NCBI GenBank assembly: GCA_002633005.1
Contig: NMRA01000132.1
Span: 310,001-374,000 of the forward strand
Source: Phoronis australis
Lineage: Eukaryota; Animalia; Phoronida
Direction of reading: 5' to 3'
Length of the DNA: 64,000 bases
Position numbers and translations under genes: made by a program. Shown here piece after piece: positions 1 through 13,000 of this stretch. How positions within the stretch are numbered: position 1 is the first letter of the stretch; each line of letters starts with the position of its first letter. The notes below the pieces were generated by a model. That model was not told where the DNA came from, made no database searches, and was given only the letters and a program-made list of their open reading frames with translations.

Positions 1-329
1 CCCGTTTGTTGGGACGTCAACATCATTTTCAATTGTTTCATGGATGGAAAATACTGGCAATGAAGGGAGTGGTAATTAATGTAGAACAATGTCTCTGAAA
101 GGAGAGATGTGTAATTTTATTAATCAAAATGTAACATATCAATTGTTTCCTAGTTTAAGTGTTTGAAAAGAAATGTGGTGTGAATGTGTGGAGGGTCCCC
201 ATAGAAAGCCCCACTCAGCACCTGGCATTACATTACCTCATTACAAATACTCACCTAGAGGTGATTGCACTTAAATGCATTGTTGCTTATCCATTGTCAA
301 TTTAAAATGTTACAGAACAGTGGTAGAGT

Positions 330-850
330 TTGTGCATGGCATTAGGGCCTTCTCCTGTTGACCCCAACTTGTTCCATCAGATAGCAAACAAACAAGTTGG
401 CCAGTTGGTTAGTGTAGTCAGTAACTTACAAGGGGACTGATCAATTCTAATGGGGTATTTATGGTTGGAGGGCCAGCTCTCTTTTGTTCGATAATTGCTC
501 TAATCTCCGATAAGATTGTATTATCCAGCCTGGCTGGGCTGTGCTGCTAAAAATAAAAGATAAATAATAAACTGTTTGAACATAAGCCAATAACAATTCC
601 GAATTCCTTGTAAAATACTGATCATGTTTAGATTTAGAACCACCAAAATTGCCTAACCTAACTAAAACTGAAGTTAAGAGAAGCTATTCTATCAGAACAC
701 AACACATTAGTTTCAGTAACCCTTTGAAGCATGGCAGAAAATTGGGCTACATGTCGTCATACCAGACAAAAGACTGGGCTCAGCAGTTAACAGAGGAACC
801 AGATGTTCAGAGCCAGCACAGTCTAGTAAAGTCATTGAACATGAGAAAGC
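330..850 (+). repeat. Unclassified interspersed repeat, also at ~19140-19700
   Basis: Shared blocks in the same orientation, e.g. cccaacttgtt..aacaagttgg and atggtt(g/a)gaggg(c/t)cagctctcttttg..aattgctctaatct..ctgggctgtgctg(c/t)taaaaataaaag. Confidence 0.6.
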
Positions 851-1066
851 CCTACTGGTACCAGTGTTTCATTTTGGTGTAAATGACACTGACACCTGGA
901 GTCATCTACACAAACTCATGGAATAGTTGGATTTCCAGTTTCTCCTGAAATTTTTACCGAAACGGTGTCCAAAACGAATTGAATTCAACTGTCCAGTACC
1001 CGCACAAGCAAAAAAGTGCATAATCTTGGGCCAGTCATGCTGCAGTTAGAAACATAAGCTACATAC

Positions 1067-4000
1067 CGGGGTGCAAGAGGGTACATCCGAAGGGTTTCAG
1101 CTATAAACATCTCCATGTACTGTAGCTTGTTGGTGTTGTCATAGTCGGGCTCAGCCTAAACATATAAATATCATGCACAATATGTCAGTTTCATAGAGGA
1201 TATTGGTCACTAAGCACCTATAGTAACCTGACATATGAAGCCAACTTAAGGAAATGCCTTAAAATCATGAGAGCTGCTGTAAGATATGTACAACAGCACT
1301 GCAGTTTTCAAAATAAAATGAACATCAAAATTCATCACTTTTCAGCACACAAAACTGCAACTACTATTTATGGTCGACATATGTCCCAAATGATATATAA
1401 TAGATCGTGCGTCGCAAGCTCGTTACCAGAGATGAAACCAAGACTTATTTCTGTTTTACTAGAACTCGGGTAAACCAACGCTGCAAGCATAAATTAACCA
1501 CAACTTTTTCACTGCATGCACTTTGAGGTTTTCCTAAGTATTTTTGGAATGGGTTGTACTGTCCTCCATCTTGAAAACTTAATAATAAGGCTACAGTCTG
1601 TAATTTTCAAAATACGCTAGACATACTTCGACAAAAGAAAGACTCTGGTAATCTTGCCAGCATTATTTGGCAATTAACTTGAACCTTTGTCACAATGAAA
1701 TATTATTTTGTCAAAATTTTGTCAGTTTAATGTCACATTATTTCGACTAGCTAATTATTTATTGATGAAGTGGACTGAGTTGTCGTAATTTTGACAACAT
1801 GCATGAAGAAACAACACCTGGGAGTTAGTCAAGGTTCAGCCAGGAGTAATATGTACACCTGAGTGCGAGCACAGTCGGTGTATAATTCATACAATGGCAT
1901 GACCTTGAGGTCATACAGAGCACTTTTCACTGACATGGGCTTATATGTGAGTGGTGGGCTTGTATACATGAGGTGGAGCTTATACTTAGGTGTGGGGTTA
2001 TACCTGGGTAGATACGGTAGTAAGTAGTGCAATAATTAGTGCTTACATCATCACCCAACTCACCCCATTGAGTTCACGATCAACTTCATCAATAAGTTTC
2101 TGTTGCCATTCAGGCTCCAAACACAGAAAGTAGGCACAATACTGCAGCGTGCTTGCATTATTTTCAAAACCAGCAATAAAGAAAACAATGCACTGCGACT
2201 TGACTTCATCCAGGGTCAAACCTGAAAACATTTAACACCTGTGAACTAATAGTAGAAAACTTTGTAGTCTAACAAATTGTCAGTAATTACATGACCGGGA
2301 TGAAATAATCAACTTCATGCATACATTGTAACAGAGCCATTACTAAAACAACCTGTTGACTGCATTGTTTCTCAAAGCAACACTGCCATACCATTCACGA
2401 TAACCATAACCATTGCCGTCACCACCACAACTATCACCATATGACAGCAGAAAGTTCACAACTATTCACACCATTATCCCTTCCACATTCATTGCCATCA
2501 CCATCAACAGAACCACCCCAAAACCACTAATATCAACACAAGCACCACAATCAGCACCACCACCAGTCACTACCATCATCGCAATGATCGCCATAAAAAG
2601 AACCACCACCCATCACTACCACCATTGTCTAACTGCCACAACTGATTGCCATCAAGCTAAGCACCATTGCCATCTTTATCCTTACTATCTAAATCAGCAC
2701 TAACATCATTTCTAACACGGCAATCAAATTCATCAGAACTCACTCTGCTAACACTGCAATCTGTTGTTATATTCACTATGAAGGCAGTTATGGCCACCAC
2801 ACTGCCAAAAGCGGATCGTAATTTCTGTTAAGAACATTTTTTATATGTAACAGAGACCACTTTGGGATTTGATCCTCAGACTTGGTGTTTTTCCAAAATA
2901 TAAACAACTATTTCCTGAGTGACTCCTGGAAGTTTTTCAATACCTCTCCCTACACAATCGCCTGACAAATGTTGCATGTTTACAAAACAACTTAATAAGT
3001 TCTTTTACACTCTATCATTATCAGTGCAACCACTAGGAAATTGTTATCTACACCACTGTTACAACCACTATTAAAACTTACTAAAATTATTTTTCACCTC
3101 TGCAACAACCACCACTGAAGCCACCACTAAAACTGCAGCAACTATTACACAAAAGATTTACTATAAACCTTTGTCTTCATTAATCACCTTTTAATTCGTT
3201 GGGGTCCTTCCTAGAAAGATGTTCCTCATTTGCCTTTAACACTAGTTGAAGAAAGTCATTGTGGTCACCCTGTAAGGTCAAACAACATTTGCATCAACAA
3301 CACAGAAAGCAAAGGTCTCGTGTTTGACCAGTTATTTATACCATGATACTTTATTGTGTTCGTCGAGGCGAATCAGGCCCAAAGGTACAATTACAATTAA
3401 CAATAAACACAGCTAAGTACAAAATATCGAGTTAAACAATTTCTCTAAAGCACTGTGGCAAAATGTATGAACTTTACAGTGTTTGCAGTCTTCATAATTT
3501 TGTTGAAGTATAGGACAGGGTTATGGTTATCAAAATTTACATATTTCAAATATTGCAGAAACTCGTTAAGATACACAGTGAATAAAAAGAATTTACCATA
3601 GAACCCTGTTTGGTGCCGACATAACACTTATTAAAGTAATTGGTAAGACCTTTGGGGTATTTTAGTAATGCAATTTTTTGTACAGACTGTAAAGTTTTTA
3701 AGACTTTTCCAAGGACTTCGATTTTCTGTAATCTTTTCCACAGTAGTCATGAGAAATTTTATCAAAAGCCTTGCAAAAATCCACAAACTAAGGCGCAATG
3801 AAGGCAACCACCTGCCTTGCTGATATATTTTTGGCATATTCCATACAAAGTAAAAATTTCATCTTGCGTGCAATAACCATTTCTAAAACCTGCCTTAGCT
3901 TCTTGATCAAAATACACCGTTCTGTTTAGCACCCCATGATAGCCGATTGTTCAGTAACTTTGTGAAAAAATCTCCCATGACAAGCAAAAGAGAAAAAATG

Positions 4001-7000
4001 CCTCTATAAACATGTTATTATTGCAACTGGCAATTATTCTTTCAAGTGGCATTCCACATTTTGAGTTTTTCATTAAATCGTGATTCAACGTTAGTCAAAA
4101 TGCTTATGCAAAACTAGTTGAAACTGGTCAAACTAACTAATACTAAGTGATTGAAAGCTTTTTTTGCTTCAAACTAACGTCAGTTAGTCAGAATACTCCA
4201 ATGTGTTGTTTGACTAACGTCAAAATTCTATTAAATGTTTGATTTAATACTTCCTTGTTTATAAAGAAGCAACAGTATTCCATCGCACCACAACTGTGGG
4301 TAGAATCCTGATAAGGTTGTAAAATTTTGTTACATAGCACCTCTAAAACAGGGGCAGCAAAGGATCTGGTGCATTTAAACAAAAATGAGACAGTCGGCCA
4401 CCTCCCTCCATGCTTTCGCATTAGGAAGCTCATGAATCGTTTTCTTGATTTCGTTCGCCATGAAATGAGCATTCAAATCTTTGGGCAAATGTTCAGTGCA
4501 CTGACAGCACAATAGGTAATGATTTAGTTCCTGGGACACAGGGCTGAGAGTGTTCCCGTCAGTAGGGCTTTATTGAACCGCCACTTAAAATAATTGAACC
4601 ACGAGTGCGAACTAATCGAACGTTGAACATTGAGGATTACTAAATGAGAACTGACAAACTTAAAAATCAGTTTTGGATTAGTTTTGTTGTCTAAAAGTTT
4701 CGTAAACATTTTCTTTGTCACGAAACTTTTTTCTAAATGACTTCCTCTCCTCATTATAAACAGCGCATTTTTCAGTTGATAATGTTTTACGAAACTCCTT
4801 CAGCCTACCCTAAAACTACCAACACAGTCAAATAAATCAGAGGAGACAAGAAGATAATCTACCACAATGCAGACACCTCATATATAACAAGTATAGTCCC
4901 CACATTGGTCCAGCAGACTTCTCCCACTGACTATTTGAATATTAAAATCCCAGCATAGTTGCCCAAAGAGTAACCGAACTTATTTGCTTTTTCATTTCTA
5001 AAATGCCTCCTAGTAGAAATGGAGTCCGGCACATACCATTCTAAACAGAGCAAATGGGTGATGCTATCATCAAGAATGTAATCATTCCTAGAGCAAAGAA
5101 TGCAAGCTGATAAATGACTTGAACCTTCAAAAACAGCTACCATCAAACACAAGAATGAAGAAAATTATCAAAATCAAAATCATCACACAGACTATACAAC
5201 ATCATATTGTTGTGATGGACCGTTAGGAGCTGGCAGGCAGGCAATTCTGGATGGTCATACAACCACAAGTCTCTTGATGGTACTGTAATCTGGCAGCCTT
5301 AACATAAGAGTTAGCTGGTTTCATGTTTCACCATTTTTGTGGACAGAAACAGAGATGTCATTTGACTTTGTTATACAAATTTTAGTATATAGCTCTTTTC
5401 CTCACGAAAAATTGGGAGACAGCTGTAATTCACATCAGCTGATTCGATTGTATAAGTATCCAATAGTCCCACTACCTGATGAAACTTTATCACCATGTTT
5501 TATCATCTACATCAGGTTAGGTAGACCGAACGAAGTCCTATTCAGATCAGTGATAATAGCATGTCCAGTGTATACTCCCTGAACCCCTAAGTTCACTTCA
5601 CAATAAATGACATTACCTTTTCTTTTTTTCTCTCCTCAATAATCTGATCCACAAGTCTGCTGAAGTATTCCGTGGCTGCTTGGTTCGATATCGATATTCC
5701 AAGTTTGATAGCTAAGCTGGGGAACAACACTGGAAGGAGATGGCATTGGTGTACTTAAGATCGGATATTTATATCAAATGAAATCTGACACTGTTGTTTT
5801 GGTATGGAAATGTACGTATCTCTGGAGTTTAAGGGCAAGATGTCCACTACTAACTCTGCTAAGATTTCTGTATTTGACCAGTAGACCCAATGGCTCACCA
5901 TAAGGCAAATCTAATGATAACAGAATTTGCACGCCAGTGAACAAGATAGCGTTAACTGTTTATTCCTGGATGAGATAATTGTGGTTGTAAACCAACACGC
6001 CTGTTTAGCATATGAGTTTCAAAGAAAAAACAAACGATAAGTAATTAAAGGTTAACGGCCAACATGACTGTTAAAATTGAAAAGTAAATAATAGCAGTCT
6101 TTTAATTCTTAAAATTAATGCGATATAAGAGAAAAAAGCGAATACTATTAGGTTTTCTTCAGCATCGCGGCTATGCTATGAGCAGGTTAGTCACAACCTG
6201 CTTAGGTGTTGCACATGACACAACTCCTACGCTAACATTTGGGATTTTGTTACTAAATATAACAACCGTGAATTCAATATCCCCAAAACAAGAATATAGA
6301 AGAAAAAAGAAAGTTTATTTGCTCCACCGAACATACCCAGCGCCAGTGTGTCATGTCCACCAACACCCGAGTTTCTTTCACAAACCTGAGCCATATCCGC
6401 ACTTCTCTGAAGTCCCGCGGCAAAAGTGAAAAGAGCCACAGAATCTTAAAAGAGTTGTCACAACCACCAAAACGGAATGCCTCATCATTATTTATTATAC
6501 CATAAATGACGAGAAAACGAGCAGCAATATCTGACAACTCTTCACACTAAACACAATTGAGGATGGCTAATGCTGTGATTAGCTGTCGGAATTCCGTGTC
6601 GTATGTATGGACCAATAAGTGATTGTAGGTGTTCTAATTTGACAGCTGATCGACTGGTGTAAGTTTTTATTGGTGTTTTTGACATGAAATTGTGGATTCT
6701 CAGCACTTTAAGGTAACAATATTCTCACTAAATTAGGGCCCAACATGGCGGACAGATGAAATTTAATTTTTGATTTTTTCTTAACAACCAAGCAATCTTT
6801 TAAACACCATTATACCTACTGTTATGAGGAAATGTGGATATTATAAACAATTTTACAAGAATTTTGAACAAGATAATGGAAAAATTTTGGGAAATATTCT
6901 TGTAAAAATAAGTAAGATTTTACTGTATTCTTTTTGAGACAAAAACCTGCAATACACAAAATTACTAGACCTAAATAAATGCCCCAATTCAGGAATATTA

Positions 7001-10000
7001 TTTGACCTGATACTAGTTAATTATTATAGCACAATATTCACACTGCCATTGATTTTAACCAGTAGCAATTCTTACTCAAAAATATTATTCTCAGAAGCCT
7101 GGTCTTGCTTGTTCTGCCAGTTAAAGACTTGGCTTGTTCAATGATAGGATCATCTGGATTCTCCTGTGTATCCGTAATGACGCCGAATGCTGTGCTCAAT
7201 ATGATGTCCAGAGAGAAGGCTGAGAAAACCCTGTAGTAAAAATAAGCACAGTCAATTAACGTGACTGGACCATGTCCAATCAAATTAGGGCAAATAACTT
7301 AAAGGCGAAGGCAACCTTTTTTCATGTCATTTTGAGCTAAAATAAGGTTGGTTGGTTATCCTAGACATATTTTCCACTTAATTACAGCTTTTCGTAATTT
7401 TGTTAATTACTCGTCCGCTACTCCAGAAGTGACGTTTTAGGAGGCAAGCATTTCGTGCCAATTTCTTTTCATATAGTCTGACTGTGAGAGCTGCCGACTC
7501 AGTCGTTGTTCTACCTCGGTTGTGATAAGTTCGGTCGTCGTTTGCTTTCATTTACTAGTCAGTCAACATGCCACACTGTTGCTGCGTACCGGGATGTATT
7601 AATTATCGTCTCACGCGCACTTTGGGAGTACCTTTGCATCGCTTTCCGATGGATGACACTTCGCCGTACTTGGCTCGTTCGTGTGAAGAACGCAGCGTTA
7701 CCCGTCCACGCAACGTACAAAGCAGTCGAGAATTACCGTGTGTGTGGCAAACACTTTCTGCCGTCCGATTACGAAAGGGGTTTGTACGCTGAACTGATGA
7801 AGGTCCCTGCGAAACAACGCCTGAAGCAGGATGCCATTCCGTCTGTATTGATTCCCGGCACTGCCCCGTCGCCACCCCCGAGATGTGTGTTTTTGAAGCG
7901 AGAAGCCTCGCGAGCTGTGGCCAGTACAGTGACTGGAGCCAGTGGAGGCACTTCATCTACTGTCACCCGTGCCTCCGAACGTACCCCAGAGCGTGCCATT
8001 CCTGGAACCAGTAGTGATTCGCCCTGTGCTGTTTTCTCCAGCCCAGAGCCTCTAAGCAGCCCTGCAGCAATATTGAGTAGTGGGAGTGATTACAGGCCCA
8101 GTTCGACACCCAGTGAAGAGGAGAGTCCGTCGTCCAGTGAACAGATCGGTGAGCCAAACAGATAAGTTTATTGTGGACTTGTCTACAGTGTTGGAGCTAT
8201 TTAGAAGGTGCCAGGTGTGGCGAGGGAGTCACAGTTTGGGTGCTCAGGTTACCATCCAGTGGGAGTGTGTCGCGGGACACTCTGGCAAGTGGGACAGTTG
8301 CTCCTCTGCCCGTGGTATGCCGGAGGTCCACTTAACCGTGTCCAGTAGTGGCTTGGAATCGTCGAATTCTGAACAGCACAAGCATTCCATTGAGGTAGGC
8401 ATAACAACGCACACAGTGCATTTGCACCAAGATGTGTCACCACATCTGTCCTCAGTAGCCGCCTCGTTTCTCTCAACAGCTGCCTGTGCGTACTCTGCCT
8501 CGTTATACTCGGGCTCAAACATGTACCCACCCACTGAATGTCCGTGAAAAAATTCCTCGTCACCACTGCTGTGAACAAGGTCTCCGTCACTCACACTACC
8601 TTCACTGTGATACGGGTCACCGAGTCCAGCCATTTTCAGCTTACAACACTCTAAACAATCCCTAAATCCAACGTAGTTGAGTTCTCTACTAACCTATGTT
8701 GCCGCAGAATACTCGCCGATGGAAAGTGGTGGCAACAATTGTTGAAAAACAGCACAAAACAAAAGTAGAACAGAACAAATTCGCACGGTAAACTCAACGC
8801 AAAACCAAGTGGCGGGAAACGCTTGCCTCCTAAAACGTCACTTCCGGAGTAGCGGACGAGTAATTAATAAAATTACGAAAAGCTGTAATTACGAGGAAAA
8901 TATGTCTAGGATAACCAACCAACCTTATTTTAGCTCAAAATGACATGAAAAAAGGTTGCCTTCGCCTTTAAGCACAGCCAAATTGGGTCCGGGAATTTGG
9001 AGGAGTGAAATACCCTCTGCTTAGCCGAATGCATGCATTAGTGAGTTCATTGGTGCAATAAATCGTAACATCTGCCTATTATGCTTGCAAATATAAACTT
9101 TCACAGGACAATACGCCACTGCTTACAATGTTGTATATTTCAGATTTGATTTACGAGTCCTATGAATGAATTTCGACTTTAACAAAAATGACGGTAACCT
9201 TAAAACCCTCAGTAGTGCTCGGCCGATCGCAGAAATTGGGTGTAATTGGGTCATTGGGCGGAGCTAAATGATTGAAGAGATACGATGGAAGAAAGTGGTT
9301 GGTGAAAATCCTATAAAAAAGCGTGTCTAAATTTATTTCAATTCCTATAAAATGCTAAATCAAAGTTCAGATAAAGAGGCATTTATCAAAAAAAATGTTC
9401 TTTTTCTTTTGAGAACCACAGTTACGTTTACTTAATTCTTTGTTCACATTAGCAATTTAAGATGTTATGGGACCTCTTGAAGACAGCATGCAAAAGTATA
9501 ATTTCTTTTTCACCATTTTAGCAATCACCACCATACCGACCTCCAGCAACACTAGTTTCAATCTGAGGTAGAACACATACTAGAATTTCCAAGACCAGTC
9601 TATCTGATGGCCAAAGTAATAATTTTTTGAAGAAAATATAACATAGAAGTTTGTTTTTTCTTTGTAAAAATCTGATGAAGTTATTTTACACATTTTGGGA
9701 GATTGTGATATTATTTGTCAGTGTAATATGACAGCAATTTCAAAAAATTAACATTTTTCTTCAATTATCGTAAAGAATGTGACTGTCTGTTTTTGCAAAA
9801 AAATGCTTATGTTGCATTTTTCTGAACTAACATTATATTAAAATTTCCTTTTAATCTTTTGAGGGTTCATACAATTCCAAAGAAGAAACGAGGGACACAT
9901 TTACGTCACAGAGGTTTAAAGGCAGCTTAAAAACAAGATCCAGTCACTTGAATGCCACTAAAGGCCTGTGATTACTGCTGTAAGTCATAGCTTATGCTGT

Positions 10001-13000
10001 AGTTTGGTTAATATAAAAATAATCCTCTCTTAAAGTAAAAAGCCAATGCTCTGAAGATATTTTTAAAAAATCCAAATCCTTGGTTATCCAGATACATTTC
10101 GGCTTCATTTTATATTCCCCTAACCATTAATAACTTTGCTTACAACAGATTTACACGTCACTTTTAGAGGGCAAACACGACTGCATTGCTGTTGAATACA
10201 GTCCAACTCAGTCAATATGCTTACCCAAACATAGTGAATGCAGAGACAAGATGTGGTGAAACTCAATGTTGCACCAACTCCGTTACTTCTCTGTGGTTAG
10301 ACAAATATTAATTAATAAGGTAAAAAACACCAAATAAATACTGTGTTCAAGATTTAAAGAGACTTTTATTTTTATTCAGAGGTTAACAAATTAATGATTA
10401 GTTTCAACTGACTGCATTTCCTTAATTCTTTCAAGATGTCAACAAATTCCAAATTAAAGAAAAATGATAGTGAGACACAGTTAAGTGGCATGGATGAAAA
10501 GCATGTCATTAACAAAAATGAAATTCAAAAAATACAGTGCATAAAAGTCAAGCATACCCTTTGCACTCAAACTCCTTCTCTTCATCAGCAAACTTCTTTA
10601 GATTCTTCAAGAAAATCTGAACACTTGCAGAAATCAGAGGGCACATCTAAAAGGAAATGTTAGTTGTTATCTACAACACTCCAAAGTTCAACAATAGAGT
10701 CTCTGAAGAGAGTACTGATTCAAAGCTCACACCATGTCCAGATGATTGGCCATAACCAAATATTACAATGGCTTTATACCCGTGCTTTGCGTAAAAAAGT
10801 TTTGACTACGACCACTTCCTGTTATTAAATTGGCCTCGCTTTGTTCGTGACTCAGTTAAGAAGTGATCTCCAGGCCTAGGAGTCAGGACGAACAGTCAAG
10901 TTGTCATACTTTAAAGACAAGATCATAAAATTTCAGGACTCTGTGCGACATGAAATTTCATGAGCGTTGCCCCGTCTGAAAAGAATACAAATAACCACAG
11001 TGAAGTTCTCTCCAAGTGCAGAAATCACACTCATTTTGACTAAGGAAAAAAAGTAAGATGAATTTCTTGTAAATGGACTTATCAGAAACTTTTTAGCAGA
11101 AAGCACGGGTTAATTGCTGCTTTAAATGTGGGTACAAATCCTGCCTACATTTAACTCCATTTGTTGAGCAAACAAATTTGCCATCACAGACGGAAGTGAG
11201 TTCGTTTTTTTGTTTAATAAGAGTGAATGCAAATATAAGACGGNGGGGGGGGGGGGGGGGGGGGGCGGAACGTTTCATGGGACAGTGACCTCACTTTTCT
11301 ATTGTTCCATGCAGAATTACAGAAGGCCAGGCAAACAGTAGCTAACCACTGAAACATATTTTACCACTGGATTTTTATTTTAGACACAGAAAACAACACA
11401 AGTAGTTGCTTAATTCCTTTTTATCTTCACCCAAAAGACAGACAACAGTAAACACTCCAAAACGCAAAACATTGACAAAATACAAATGAATGCATACTAT
11501 TAGAGGAATAAGACAGTATAACATATTAATTAAAGCTGCCATCATAATACCGCACTGAGTACATGAGGCTGAAAAAAGGGATTTCACTGCAATGAATGAA
11601 GCTTGTAGGGTTCCAGCCCAAACACAAACACCAAAGACAACGCTGTACATGGTCATTAAGATCACATTTCTCAAAGGAAATGTGATCTTCATATGATTAG
11701 TAAAACTAAAATGAACTTCTGCCCAATAGGTCACTTTCATGTGCAAGGTCAAAGTAGTGGAATTTCAAACTTTCCCTCATTACTTGAAGGCTAATATCCA
11801 AGAGAAGCAGATATTCTGAATTTTTGCAATGAAGATATTGTGGAAACACAATCTTGAAGTGCAGAAATTTTACGACTGCGTCTAGGTAACACAAACCATC
11901 CGTTGTGACTTTCATATAAATACATACACTTGTTAAAGTTAGCAAAGATCCTGCAGAGAGTTTAGGAGATACAAAAAAATGCCGCTAAGAGGAGCTAGAG
12001 TAGTCGAAGCCCTTTGAAAACCATTAGCCATCCTCCTCTCTGTACGAACATGTCAATTTTCAAACATCATCCTTACAATGGTTTGACCGATATATGCAGT
12101 TGGCAAAACAGATTCAAAAATGTAAAAAAGATCACTAGGTGGCACAGACCATGTCAAATCCAACCGAAAACAAAAAAAAACCACTGTTGTCGCCTCGACT
12201 AACATCTATTTGCCAAATTTCATGAAAATCCGTTAAGATGCTCTGAAGATACACTCCTGAGAGGCACAAACGTAAAAAAGTAAAATTGCCACTATGGGGC
12301 ACACCAACAGTCTGATCTGTTTGAAAATTCGCTCATGGCTGTCCAGTCCATGACAGGAACACATCTGCAAAATTTCACGAACCCCCATCCAGGGGATTTT
12401 GGAAATACAACAGTGGATGTCAGACACACAATAATTAATATGTGGATGCAAGTAAAAGTGACCACCAGGTGGCGCAAAATATGTAGAAGGGATAGCAAAA
12501 GATCTCCTTAGTAGAAACCTGTTTGCCAAAATTTCATGAAAATCCATCAAGGAACCTTGAAGAAACAAATGTTAAACTAAAAATAACACAAAGGAACACA
12601 GAGGTAGTCGGATGGGTCCAAAACCTCTCATCATTTCATAAGCTTCATGGGTATACAGTACCTGCCAAATCTCATTATAATCCAAAAAGGGGTTTAGAAG
12701 ATGCAGCAGCAGACAACGAACACCCAGACAGAGATGATGGCAATATGTACCCACATGTCAATGAGGGTGCATGATGAGGGTTTATGATGTAGGTGTATGA
12801 CAATGTGCATACTGTAGCAGGCCCCACGCACCCTGTCCATTGATATACTATGAACCCCTGGACTCACAACAACTGAAAGAACAGCACATACCTTTCTAAG
12901 CTTTCCTGAACTAAAAGTTGGGGTCAGCTCAGCTCTGACGTGTTTCCAGCGGTCATCGCGGAGAACAGTCAAGACGTTGTCAAGAAATTTGTCATTCAAC

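Larger units (their letters stand above)
7303..8967 (+). mobile_element. Non-autonomous (internally deleted) Kolobok-type DNA transposon, copy 1, in intron 6 of CYP copy A
   Basis: TTAA on both sides (7299-7302, 8968-8971). AG...CT termini. ~155-bp TIRs (7303-~7460 vs ~8810-8967), first 71 nt identical. Contains a THAP-transposase 5' part on + and a convergent KolX-like ORF on -. Not present in the corresponding intron 6 of copy B (~32433-32457). Confidence 0.88.

Noticed and set aside
2413-2703. Thr/His-rich 96-aa ORF and similar ORFs at 47817-48498
   Set aside because: Products of ACC/GGT-rich simple sequence inside CYP intron 9; no evidence of coding.
7506-8165. 219-aa ORF as a functional host THAP gene
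   Set aside because: First two Zn-binding Cys are in another frame, non-ATG start, and it lies within TIRs and a TTAA TSD; treated as a transposon pseudogene.
11242-11265. Poly-G run (possible G-quadruplex)
   Set aside because: Contains an N; homopolymer length is unreliable.
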